Shown piece by piece: positions 54,122 to 63,318 of a stretch of 64,000 nucleotides of DNA (position 1 is the first letter of the stretch; each line of letters opens with the position of its first letter). The stretch comes from Candidatus Latescibacterota bacterium. Lineage in GTDB: Bacteria > Latescibacterota > UBA2968 > UBA8231. The notes under the pieces were generated by a model. It was given only the letters and a program-made list of their open reading frames with translations, was not told where the DNA came from and searched no databases. The position numbers and the translations under genes were made by a program. The DNA is taken from the NCBI GenBank assembly GCA_965219385.1, contig CBDCNM010000002.1, forward strand, positions 2,598,936 through 2,662,935. The letters are read 5' to 3'.

Positions 54122-57100
54122 TCAGTAATTTTCCAGGAACTGCTGCTCCTGCACGATGGCCAGTTTCAGCACCTTGATCTTGTGCAAATCCGGCATTTCG
54201 ATGTGGGCGATGTACATACCCCCGGCCACGGGCAGGCCGCTCTCGTTGTTCAAATCCCATTGCACAAACTGATCCGCGTCGTCCTTTTCCAGGAGCCGCA
54301 CCAGGGTCCCGGCCAGGTCGAAGATACGGATCCGGGCCTTTTGCGGCAGGTGGCTGAAGGTCACGAAGTGGCGGTGGCGGCTGGTCTCAGCCTGATTGAG
54401 GCCGTAGTAGGGATTGGGAAAGACATTGATCCTGTCCACGTCCTGGCGCGCTGCTTCGAGCGAAAACGACCGGACCCGGGTCGCGAACTGGAATTCGTCC
54501 ACCCCCGGGACGATGACGCTGGGGTACTCGAGGCGCAAAACATCTCCCGTGGACCAGGTCGACACCTTGCCCTGCCGGAAGAAAAACACCCAGGTGGCGT
54601 GCGGGTCCGTAAGTTGGTGGATCCGGGTTGAGTCGTAGTCGGTGGCGATCACGGTGATGTAGTCGCGGCCGGCCATGTTGTAGGTTTTGTGGTAGGCGGC
54701 GCGATCCCGGTCGAGCGAGCCGTCGGCGCCGCGGTCGAAGAAGGCCGCGTTCAATTGGCGCGGGTTTTCCGGGTCTTCCACGTCCCAGACCTCGAAGGGG
54801 ACGCGCTGCAGGAAGGGACCGCCGCCCGGAGCCCCGGCCGGGCGGAAGGGGTGGGCTTCCAGGCTGCGCTCGGCCGTTCCCGCCTCCACGCCGGCCAGGG
54901 TGGCCAGGGATCCCCCGGAGAGGATCTGGCTACCGTCCTGGCTGGCCACGCCGGTGAAGCGGATCTCCAGGTCCAGGCCCAGAAGCAAAGCATCGTCGGT
55001 GCCGCCGCCCTCCCAGAAGGTGGAGGCGCGGCCGTCCGGCAGGTCGAAAATGGTGCCGTCGCCCCACAAGTCCAGGTCCCCGTCCATGGGATCGGCATCC
55101 ACCACCACCGTGGCCTTGCGAAAGGTGAGGGGCGCCTCGAATACCGGGTCCCCCAGCCTGACCTGCACCCCGTCGATGGCTAGGTAGGCCTGGTCCAGGG
55201 CCAGGTTGCGCTGGTCCTTCAGGACGAAGACCCCGTCGCGCAGTAGGTTCCAGGATTGGTCCGGATTGAAGGTGATGGTGTAGGTGGCGCCCACCAGGGC
55301 GGAAGGATCGACGACCAGGGGCTCTACTACCACGTCGCCGGACCCCCGGGTGTGCTCGACCGGCAGCGCTTCGCCCGGCGCGGCCATATCCCGGATCCCG
55401 GGTGGCGGCGGCTGGGGGATGGCCACGATCTTCCGCGGCACCGACTCCAGGGCGGTGAACAGGGCGTCGGGGGCCGGGTTGTAGCTGTAGGAGGTAACGG
55501 CAAAGTAATAGGGTTGTCCATTGAACAGAGGACTGCCGCGGAAGGCGTCGCGGGTGATGCGCTCGACCCATCTCAGGCCGGTGTCGCGTCCGCTTTGCAA
55601 GGGGATCTTCACCACGGCGCCGGAGGCCTCGTCCAGCTGCAACCCCAGGATGGTGGTGACGTCGTTGACCAGATCGTAGGTGGCGATCTTGCGAGCCTGG
55701 GAGATACCGGCCTCGGCGGCGGGGAACTGGTAGAGGTTGTAGCCTTCAAAGGCAAAGGGGGCCTGCACCTCCTGCTCGGTCCGGCGCATGGCCTCCAGGT
55801 CGTGGCCCCAGTCCAGGGTGATGCTCTGGTCGCCCTGGTGCATCCGCACCCGGGGCGCGGCCGGAGGCGCGGGCACCTCGAAGAAGGTGTCGTAGGCCTC
55901 CTGGACAAAGCGGTCGTTGAATTTGAGCCTGGAGACGCTGCGCAGGTGGTCGCTGCCGCTGCCGCCCAGCAGGGCAATGACTACCTCCTGGGTATCGCCC
56001 AGGGCCATGTGCACCGGACCGGTGCTAAGCACGATGCGCCGGTCCGCCGGCGGCAGGGGGATACCGTCGTTCCAGCCCGTGCCCCAGACCGGGTCGCCCT
56101 CCAGGGCAAAAAAGGTATCTTCCCCGCTCAGGGGGTGGGTGTAGGGCACGGGGTTGTCGACATTGGGCTGGGGCTGGAAGCCGCGCAGCAGGTTGTACCA
56201 TTCCTCGGTGCCGGTGTACTCCCCCAGCTCGGGATCGCTGATGGCACTGCCCGAAGCAAAGTAGACAAAGGAGGTCATGGGCAGGTTGCGGTACCCGGGC
56301 CGGCGACCGAAATCGAAGAGGGCCTCCGCTCCCGCCTCCTCCACAATCGGCCCCTGGAGGAAATCGTAGCCCACGGCCGGCGGCGCCAAGTCAAAGGCCT
56401 GGTAGCGGACGTCCTCGGCCTCGGCATTGTAGCCGTAGCCCAGGCTCAGGGAGGTATCGGCGCCGGCAAAGTCATTGCCGAAATCCCCCACGTCCGGGTC
56501 GGCCCACTGGGCGAAGTACATATCCTCGATGAGGGCCTGGTCCGGGGCGTCGGCCGTGCCTTTGTAGATGATCTTGAATTTTTTGAAGAGGGCGTCGCCC
56601 AGCGGGTCGGTGCGGGCGTAGGCCCACAGGGTCACCTGCACCTCCAGACCGATGGGGCGGGAGCCGTAGAGCGAAGTGGTGGCGCCCGGGTCCAGGTCGT
56701 TGATGATAAAGAAGGCGATCTGGTCGGCGTTGGTCCTGCAGCGCTCCGGAGTCCGGAGACAGTCGGCGGAGCGGAAGGCTGGCTGGTCCACGTCCGGGTC
56801 GTACACGCCGTCTCCGTCCCGATCGTAAAAGGGGGCGCCCCATTCCCAGGGCCACTCGCGCCAGTCTTTCGCGTACTGGGCGCGGACCAGGGTCACGTCC
56901 GGGTCGGTGACCTGGCTCAGGCCCAGGCCGAGCAGTTCGGCGGTATCCAGGCGCAGGTCCGCGTCCTGGAAGTCGTTCCGCACCCGGTAGATCCGCACCC
57001 TCGGGTCGTCGCGGTCCTGGGCCACGCCCCTGGAGAGGATGCGGCCGGGCACGGTCCCGGAGCGGAAGGTCTGGCCGCCGACCCTGACTTCCTGGTCGTC

Positions 57101-57397
57101 GCCGTCGAGGACCCGGCCGCCCCATACCAGGCCGTCCTGGAAAACGACCGTGCCGGTGGAGCGGGGATAGGTGACGCCGGAGATGTCGGCGAGGGGGTTG
57201 TGGGCGGAGAGACCGTCGCGCTGGAACCACATGGAGATGTTGTTGATGTTGATGAGAGCGCGTTCCCCGAGGAAAGGTGCCCGGGTGGGTTTGGCAGCCG
57301 GGTGCGGAGGTGCGGTACTGCTTTTTGCAGCGGGCAGGGGTTGGACGCCGAGTAGGAGGGACAGGATGGAGAGCAGGTAGGCGAGTTTTTTTGTCAT
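54122..57397 (-). CDS. Large secreted protein with T9SS type A-like C-terminal sorting domain
   Basis: Signal peptide MTKKLAYLL...; C-terminal INVFPNPY...IRIFDLAGTLVR...WDL.N..G.PVAGGMY...KVLKLAIV. Confidence 0.85.
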   Translation of the reverse strand: MTKKLAYLLSILSLLLGVQPLPAAKSSTAPPHPAAKPTRAPFLGERALININNISMWFQRDGLSAHNPLADISGVTYPRSTGTVVFQDGLVWGGRVLDGDDQEVRVGGQTFRSGTVPGRILSRGVAQDRDDPRVRIYRVRNDFQDADLRLDTAELLGLGLSQVTDPDVTLVRAQYAKDWREWPWEWGAPFYDRDGDGVYDPDVDQPAFRSADCLRTPERCRTNADQIAFFIINDLDPGATTSLYGSRPIGLEVQVTLWAYARTDPLGDALFKKFKIIYKGTADAPDQALIEDMYFAQWADPDVGDFGNDFAGADTSLSLGYGYNAEAEDVRYQAFDLAPPAVGYDFLQGPIVEEAGAEALFDFGRRPGYRNLPMTSFVYFASGSAISDPELGEYTGTEEWYNLLRGFQPQPNVDNPVPYTHPLSGEDTFFALEGDPVWGTGWNDGIPLPPADRRIVLSTGPVHMALGDTQEVVIALLGGSGSDHLRSVSRLKFNDRFVQEAYDTFFEVPAPPAAPRVRMHQGDQSITLDWGHDLEAMRRTEQEVQAPFAFEGYNLYQFPAAEAGISQARKIATYDLVNDVTTILGLQLDEASGAVVKIPLQSGRDTGLRWVERITRDAFRGSPLFNGQPYYFAVTSYSYNPAPDALFTALESVPRKIVAIPQPPPPGIRDMAAPGEALPVEHTRGSGDVVVEPLVVDPSALVGATYTITFNPDQSWNLLRDGVFVLKDQRNLALDQAYLAIDGVQVRLGDPVFEAPLTFRKATVVVDADPMDGDLDLWGDGTIFDLPDGRASTFWEGGGTDDALLLGLDLEIRFTGVASQDGSQILSGGSLATLAGVEAGTAERSLEAHPFRPAGAPGGGPFLQRVPFEVWDVEDPENPRQLNAAFFDRGADGSLDRDRAAYHKTYNMAGRDYITVIATDYDSTRIHQLTDPHATWVFFFRQGKVSTWSTGDVLRLEYPSVIVPGVDEFQFATRVRSFSLEAARQDVDRINVFPNPYYGLNQAETSRHRHFVTFSHLPQKARIRIFDLAGTLVRLLEKDDADQFVQWDLNNESGLPVAGGMYIAHIEMPDLHKIKVLKLAIVQEQQFLENY

Positions 57398-57565
57398 AGG
57401 ACCTGGGCCGGGGCATTGCCGGGGACAAAAAACGCGGCGCAGATCAGCAGGACGATGGGCCGGGGCGGGTACTTGGAAGGGGCAGGGGCTCCGTTGACAT
57501 TGGGTGGGGGCATGAGTAGTTTGGGATTTTGTCTCGGTTTGAAATAATAGGGAATAATTATAACT

Positions 57566-57602
57566 AAATTCTGGAAAATTTCCATAAAATTCTGGAAAAT
57601 TT
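57566..57602. promoter_or_regulatory. AT-rich 16-bp direct repeat, period 21
   Basis: AAATTCTGGAAAATTT at 57566 and 57587. Confidence 0.5.
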
Positions 57603-57608
57603 TGTAAA

Positions 57609-57803
57609 TACGATGTCCGGGGAGCCCTGGTCCGGCACATCGATCTGGGCTACCAACAGGCTGGCCACTACCTGACCCGTGCCAGCGCCGCCCATTGGGA
57701 TGGCCGCGATCAGGGAGGCGAGCGGGTGGCCAGCGGTGTGTATCTGTACCGGTTGCAGGCCGGGCCGGTCGCCCACGTGCGCAAGATGGTCGTCCTTAAA
57801 TAG
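57609..57803 (+). pseudogene. Orphan FlgD/T9SS-like C-terminal domain, near-copy of 60141-60335
   Basis: YDVRGALVRHIDLG...HWDGRDQGGERVASGVYLYRLQAG...RKMVVLK*. Confidence 0.9.
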
Positions 57804-57856
57804 CGCGCCGGCCCCAGGCCACGTGCCGATGGGCCCCTGGACGCCGCCCCGGTCGG

Positions 57857-57898
57857 CGCTTGTGGGCGGCCGCGGCCTCAAGGGGCCGCCCACAAGCG
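57857..57898. repeat. 15-bp perfect inverted repeat (REP-like or terminator hairpin)
   Basis: CGCTTGTGGGCGGCC-N12-GGCCGCCCACAAGCG. Confidence 0.7.
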
Positions 57899-57932
57899 GA
57901 TGAATTCGCCTTCAGCCAAAGGAGAATCTCAG

Positions 57933-60335
57933 ATGAAACCGTCCCGGTTGTTCAACGTCACCCTGTTGTGGGTCGGTGTCCTGTTCGTGCCGGCCAGCAT
58001 TGCCCAGGAATTTAATCGCCAGGGTTTACCTGAAGGTGCCCAAGCGCGCCTCGGAAAATCTCGGATAAATAAAATCGCATATTCGCCCGACAGTAAGTGG
58101 CTGGCGGTGGCCAGTAGCATTGGTATTTGGCTCCACGATGCAAACACCAGCGCCGAAGTTGCCTTATTCACAGGGCATACGAAAGAGGTCCGTTCGGTGG
58201 TGTTTTCGCCAGATAGCCGCACCCTGGCAAGTGGGGGTGATGATTATGAGATCCGGTTGTGGGATATCGAAACCGGCCAGGTAAGAGAAACTCTGAAGGG
58301 CCATAAAAGTTTCATCCCTTCAATGGGTTTTTCACCGGATGGAAGCACCCTAGCTAGTGGAAGTTGGGACGAGACAATTCGGTTATGGGATGCGGACACA
58401 GGTCAACCTAAAGCGACCTTGAGGGGAGATAGTGGTTTTATTGAATCAGTGGCGTTCTCACCGGATGGGAAAACTCTAGCTAGTGGAGGCAGTGATTACA
58501 CAATACAGTTCTGGGATGTGGAATCAGGTCAGCTTAAAATAACCTTTGATGGAGAGGTAGAGTGGGTGTACTCGGTGGTGTTTTCGCCGGATGGTTCCAC
58601 CTTGGCCGGCGGGGGTTGGAAGGAAATTCGGTTGTGGTCAGTGAGCGACGGTTATCCTGATCAACTTAAAGCGACCCTTGAAGGGCATAGTGGTTCAATC
58701 CAGTCTTTAGCATACTCACCCGACGGTACCATCCTGGCGAGTGGCGGCGGCGACACCACGATACGATTATGGGACGTTAACACCGGTCAAAGTAATATCG
58801 TCCTTAGAGAGCATACGAATGATGTCCTTTCTGTGGCGTTCTCGCCGGACGGTCAAACCCTGGCGAGTAGCGGCAGAGACAACGTAGTACGACTATGGAA
58901 CCCGTCCACAGGCCAACTCAAAAGGACCATCGGAAAACATACATCCTCTGGATATAAGTCGCATAGGCCCATAGCGTTTTCACCGGATGGAAGGACAATA
59001 GCCACGACGCAGCGCGATGATGGTACGATATGGCTGTGGGACACGACTAGTGGTTATCTCCAAGTAAACCTTGAAAGAAGCAGTCCCCGGTGGATTCTAA
59101 CTACTATGGCGTTTTCTCCAGAAGGGAACATAATAGCCTACGGTGACGATAGTGGGATAATAAGATTGCGGGACGTGAACACTGGAGGTCTTTTAAATTT
59201 ACTTGAAGGGCACACGGACGGCATATCCTCAGTGGCATTTTCACCGGACGGAAACATATTGGCAAGCGGAGGTATCGATGGAGAGATAAGATTGTGGGCG
59301 GTAGACACCGGAGATATGATAATTTCACTCAGGGAACATATAAAGGACATAAATCCCTTATTGTTTTCGCCGGACGGGGAAACCCTGGCAAGTAGTAGTT
59401 CGGGCGGAATGATAAAGCTATGGGACCCTTATAGCGGCGACCTCAAATCAACCCTTTTTGGGGGTGAAGGGGGGGTAAGGGCTCGCATGATGGCATTTTC
59501 ACCGGACAGCAATCTTCTAGCCTGTTATTGTGGTATCGAAAGTGCGCTATTGTGGGATGTGAATTCCGGGGATCTTAAGGCGACTGTAGGAAGATTCCAA
59601 GACTTTAATTCTGTAACATTTTCGCCGGACGGGGAAACTTTGACTCTTATAGCTAAGAGGATACACGTATGGGACTTGAATACCGTATTAAATGTCAAAA
59701 AGATAGACCAATGGAACTTGAAAGAAAATCCACCCCTAATTTCTCATAAATCTAGCATCCTGAGTGGATATACTGAAGATTATTTTCCTCCATCGTCGAT
59801 ACTTGCGCCCGATGGAGTCACAGTAGCCAGCACTAATAGAAACACAATCTGGATATGGAACGTAAACCACAGTCAACCCCTCGCTATTCTCAGGGGACAA
59901 AGCGGCGAAATTACTTCCAAAGTATTTTCTCCAGATGGCTCTCTCCTGGCTACTGGTAGTAACGACGGCACGGTGCTACTGTGGGATATGTCGCCCTACA
60001 TCACCCCCCCGACGGCGATTCAATCTTCGCCGGCGCTGCCGGCGCAGACGGCCCTGCTGGCCAACTACCCCAATCCGTTCAACCCGGAGACCTGGATCCC
60101 CTATCAACTCCACGCGCCGGCCCGGGTGCGCCTGAGCATCTACGATGTCCGGGGAGCCCTGGTCCGGCACATCGATCTGGGCCAGCGAGCGGCGGGTCTG
60201 TACCTGACCCGTGCCAGCGCCGCCCATTGGGATGGCCGCGATCAGGGAGGCGAGCGCGTCGCCAGCGGCGTGTATCTGTACCGGTTGCAGGCCGGGCCGG
60301 TCGCCCAGGGGCGCAAGATGGTCGTCGTCAAATGA
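57933..60335 (+). CDS. Secreted WD40-repeat protein with FlgD/T9SS-like C-terminal domain
   Basis: Many GH...V.SVAFSPDG.TLASG..D.TIRLWD repeats; LLANYPNPFNPETWIPY tail. Confidence 0.95.
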   Translation: MKPSRLFNVTLLWVGVLFVPASIAQEFNRQGLPEGAQARLGKSRINKIAYSPDSKWLAVASSIGIWLHDANTSAEVALFTGHTKEVRSVVFSPDSRTLASGGDDYEIRLWDIETGQVRETLKGHKSFIPSMGFSPDGSTLASGSWDETIRLWDADTGQPKATLRGDSGFIESVAFSPDGKTLASGGSDYTIQFWDVESGQLKITFDGEVEWVYSVVFSPDGSTLAGGGWKEIRLWSVSDGYPDQLKATLEGHSGSIQSLAYSPDGTILASGGGDTTIRLWDVNTGQSNIVLREHTNDVLSVAFSPDGQTLASSGRDNVVRLWNPSTGQLKRTIGKHTSSGYKSHRPIAFSPDGRTIATTQRDDGTIWLWDTTSGYLQVNLERSSPRWILTTMAFSPEGNIIAYGDDSGIIRLRDVNTGGLLNLLEGHTDGISSVAFSPDGNILASGGIDGEIRLWAVDTGDMIISLREHIKDINPLLFSPDGETLASSSSGGMIKLWDPYSGDLKSTLFGGEGGVRARMMAFSPDSNLLACYCGIESALLWDVNSGDLKATVGRFQDFNSVTFSPDGETLTLIAKRIHVWDLNTVLNVKKIDQWNLKENPPLISHKSSILSGYTEDYFPPSSILAPDGVTVASTNRNTIWIWNVNHSQPLAILRGQSGEITSKVFSPDGSLLATGSNDGTVLLWDMSPYITPPTAIQSSPALPAQTALLANYPNPFNPETWIPYQLHAPARVRLSIYDVRGALVRHIDLGQRAAGLYLTRASAAHWDGRDQGGERVASGVYLYRLQAGPVAQGRKMVVVK

Positions 60336-60418
60336 AGGAAACATGGCCGGTAGAACCACCGATGCCAGTCAAACCGAGACACTACTGTACTTTGGAAAAC
60401 CTTATCGGGAGTACCTGA

Positions 60419-61228
60419 ATGCGCAATTGGATTCTTTTCGTCGTTGCTCTGGGTCCCTTGATCGCCTGCAGTGGTGGGGGATCTTCGGGACCGTCGCCGT
60501 CGAGCACGGCTGTCGTGGTGGCGGCGGAGGCACCCGATACCCTGTTTTCTGGCAGCCAGCCGGTCCTCTTTGCAGCGACCGTAGAGGACCAGGACAACGG
60601 GATAGAACATGTGGCCTCGGTCGTCCTGCGGGTAACGCGGCAGGACTCGGTATGGAGCACCAGCAGCCTGGAATTACAAAATACCACGGGGACCGCCAGG
60701 GGTCAATTCGGCGCTCGCTTCGATTCCACCTTCGCCGTTGGCAAACTGGGGGCTTACACCCTCGAATTCCAGGCCGAGGACCAGGGCGGTCTCTGGTCGG
60801 ATGTGCGGACAAAAAGCATATACCTGGAAAACGAGCCGCCGGTTTTATTCAACCCCGACGTATCCGATACCATCCTGACGGGATCGGCGGACTTCCAGGT
60901 GCGGATCTCGGCCACCGATCCGCAGGGGCCGGGCGATATTGAAGGGATCTTTTTTCAAAACCGCAAGCCAGACGGCACCTTTGGCGCCGCCGGCACCTAC
61001 TATCCACTGGCCGACATCGGCCAGAGTCTGATTCTTTCCGGAATCGACGTCGGCGATGAGCAAGAGGGGGACGGCATCTATTCGTGGGATTGCAAGCAGT
61101 GGGCTATCTGCCCGCCGGCGGACGCCTTGCTCGGAACCTATACCCTGATTTTCAGCGGGCGCGACAAGGCCGGCAATACAGCCGCTACGGTAAGCCGGGA
61201 TTTCGAGCTGGTGCTTCCGCAAAGGTGA
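60419..61228 (+). CDS. Putative lipoprotein
   Basis: Lipobox LIAC followed by a Ser/Gly linker; GDGIYS, DKAGN. Confidence 0.7.
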   Translation: MRNWILFVVALGPLIACSGGGSSGPSPSSTAVVVAAEAPDTLFSGSQPVLFAATVEDQDNGIEHVASVVLRVTRQDSVWSTSSLELQNTTGTARGQFGARFDSTFAVGKLGAYTLEFQAEDQGGLWSDVRTKSIYLENEPPVLFNPDVSDTILTGSADFQVRISATDPQGPGDIEGIFFQNRKPDGTFGAAGTYYPLADIGQSLILSGIDVGDEQEGDGIYSWDCKQWAICPPADALLGTYTLIFSGRDKAGNTAATVSRDFELVLPQR

Positions 61229-61297
61229 GTCTTGGCCCCGGAGGCGATCGCGTCCAACTTATTTTGTCCATGGAGAGAACTGCAAGGAGCACTTGAA

Positions 61298-62329
61298 ATG
61301 GCCGCTACCCTACAAGAATTCAAGGCCTCGAACGACGCCCTGGACGATCCCCAAGAACTGCGCCGCCGCCTAGACGAGGAAGGCTACCTCTTCATCCGCG
61401 GCCTCCAGGACCCCGACCAACTCGCCGCTTTGCGCCTGGACATCTTGAGGGTGTGCCGCGATGGAGGCTGGATCCGGGTCGGCACCGACCTGGAGGACGG
61501 CGTCGCCGATATCTCGAAGAGGTGCACCGAGGGCAACAACGAATACACCGAGGTGTACCACGAAATCTACAAGCTCGAGTCCTTTCACCGCGCCGGCCAC
61601 TTCCCCGTGGTCCTCGATACCATGGCCAAGGTCATCGGCCAAAAAGCCCTGGCCCACCCCCAGAAGATCGCCCGGCTGTGGTTTCCTAAATACACCGATC
61701 ACACCACCCCGATCCACCAGGATTTCGTGCACTTCCAGGGGAGTTTCGCCACCTATACCTGCTGGACCCCCTTGAGCGACTGTCCGGTCGAACTGGGCGG
61801 GCTGGCCGTGTTGCCGGGCTCCCACAAAATCGACGCAGTCCACGACCACCACTTCTCCCTGGGCGCCGGCGGGCTGGCCATCGACACCGATGTCCTGGAC
61901 GACCACTGGGCCACCACCGGCTACAAGCTGGGCGACACCCTGATCTTCCACAGCCTGACCGTGCACCAAGCCCTGCCCAACCTGACCCCGGACCGGCTGC
62001 GCATCTCGCTCGACAACCGCTATTCGGCTGTTGATCAGCCCATTGCCGCGCACATGCTGGAACCTCACCTGGTCCGTTTCAGCTCGCTCGACTGGGAACA
62101 GGTCTACCAGGGCTGGTCCTCCACCGATCTGCAGTACTACTGGCGCGACCTGGACCTGCGGATCCTGCCCAAGGACGAAACCTGGGTCCAGACCGGGTTC
62201 CGCGAGGCCCTGGAGCGGGCCCGGCGGGGCGACGAGGCGGCGCTTTTCGCCCTGCGACGAACCATCCAGCGCGATCCCTCCACCGACCAGGCCAGAGCCG
62301 TCCGGGAAGTTTTGCGGGCCCTGGAGTGA
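61298..62329 (+). CDS. PhyH family protein
   Basis: EEGYLF, IHQD, LPGSH, FHSLTVH, SLDNRY. Confidence 0.9.
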   Translation: MAATLQEFKASNDALDDPQELRRRLDEEGYLFIRGLQDPDQLAALRLDILRVCRDGGWIRVGTDLEDGVADISKRCTEGNNEYTEVYHEIYKLESFHRAGHFPVVLDTMAKVIGQKALAHPQKIARLWFPKYTDHTTPIHQDFVHFQGSFATYTCWTPLSDCPVELGGLAVLPGSHKIDAVHDHHFSLGAGGLAIDTDVLDDHWATTGYKLGDTLIFHSLTVHQALPNLTPDRLRISLDNRYSAVDQPIAAHMLEPHLVRFSSLDWEQVYQGWSSTDLQYYWRDLDLRILPKDETWVQTGFREALERARRGDEAALFALRRTIQRDPSTDQARAVREVLRALE

Positions 62330-62333
62330 AATT

Positions 62334-62431
62334 AAGTGGTAGCGCCCGGGTCCAGGTCGTTGATGATAAAGAAAGCGATCTGGTCGGCGTTGGTCCTGCA
62401 GCGCTCCAGGGTCCGGAGACAGTCGGCGGAG
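62334..62431. repeat. 98-bp near-copy (4 mismatches) of 56674-56771
   Basis: Direct comparison of the two segments. Confidence 0.9.
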
Positions 62432-62527
62432 ATGATGAATTGTAAACTTCGGCGATAATCCAAAATATCAATGTGCGCTGAGTATATTGCTGACCCTCGC
62501 CTATTTCCTTGATTTGAAGGCTACCTA

Positions 62528-62550
62528 AGTGTACATTCCGAATGTACACT
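62528..62550. promoter_or_regulatory. Perfect palindrome, putative TA operator
   Basis: AGTGTACATTC-C-GAATGTACACT, 22 nt upstream of the antitoxin start. Confidence 0.7.
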
Positions 62551-62572
62551 CTAAGCAAGCAAAGGAGACGCG

Positions 62573-62824
62573 ATGAAAGCTTCGTTTCTCGATCTCAGGC
62601 GAAGGATGCAGGAAGTTCTACACGCCTTGGAGCGCAACGAATCCGTGACCATTCTCTACCGCGGGAAAGAGCGGGCCGTCTTAGTGCCCGTGACCAGAGA
62701 CGAGCGAAAGGCTGGAAGGATCTCGGAACACCCGGCCTTCGGTATGTGGGCCGAACGGGAGGACATGCGCGACGTGGAAGGATACGTGCGCGAGTTGAGG
62801 CAGGGGCGTGGACATGCTATTTGA
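62573..62824 (+). CDS. Phd/YefM-family antitoxin
   Basis: DLRRRM.EVL.ALERNESVTILYRGKE.AVLVP; RBS AAGGAG. Confidence 0.85.
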   Translation: MKASFLDLRRRMQEVLHALERNESVTILYRGKERAVLVPVTRDERKAGRISEHPAFGMWAEREDMRDVEGYVRELRQGRGHAI

Positions 62825-63193
62825 TACGGACGTACTCATCTGGGTTTTTCGAGGCAGCGAAAAAGCAGCCAAGCTCGTCGACGAAACCACAGGCCGCCAC
62901 CTGTCGATCGTCACGTACATGGAATTGCTCCAAGGTGCTCGGGACCGGCAGGAGCTTCGGACGATTCGGGCGTTCCTGGCCGACTTCGGGTTTCGGATGC
63001 TGCCTTTGACCGAAAACATCGCGGCCATCGCGCTGCCATCTACCTGGAGGAGTACGTCCTGAAGACCGCCCTGAGCATGGGGGACGCGCTGATCGCCGCG
63101 GCGGCTGTCGAAAACCGACTGCCGCTCTGCACGGCCAACCGGAAGCACTACAAGGTGATCGGAGATCTGGATACCAGAGTAATCCGGCCATAA
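62814..63193 (+). pseudogene. vapC: PIN/VapC toxin, frameshifted near 63021
   Basis: MLFDTDVLIW...ELLQG...LTENI, then in a shifted frame GHRAAIYLEEY...DALIAAAA...TANRKHY. Confidence 0.85.
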
Positions 63194-63318
63194 CAAGGCC
63201 ACTCTCACGGGGCATACGGGGGATGTCTGGTCCGTCGAATTCCGGGCCGAGGCTTAGAAGCTGTTTTATCACCCGAAAACCATCTCACGAAATACCCGTA
63301 CCTACCTGGAGTGAAATC

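Noticed and set aside
62334..62431. Possible DGR template/variable repeat pair with 56674-56771
   Set aside because: No reverse transcriptase in the window; the differences are T/C on the coding strand and run in both directions; the target is mid-gene.
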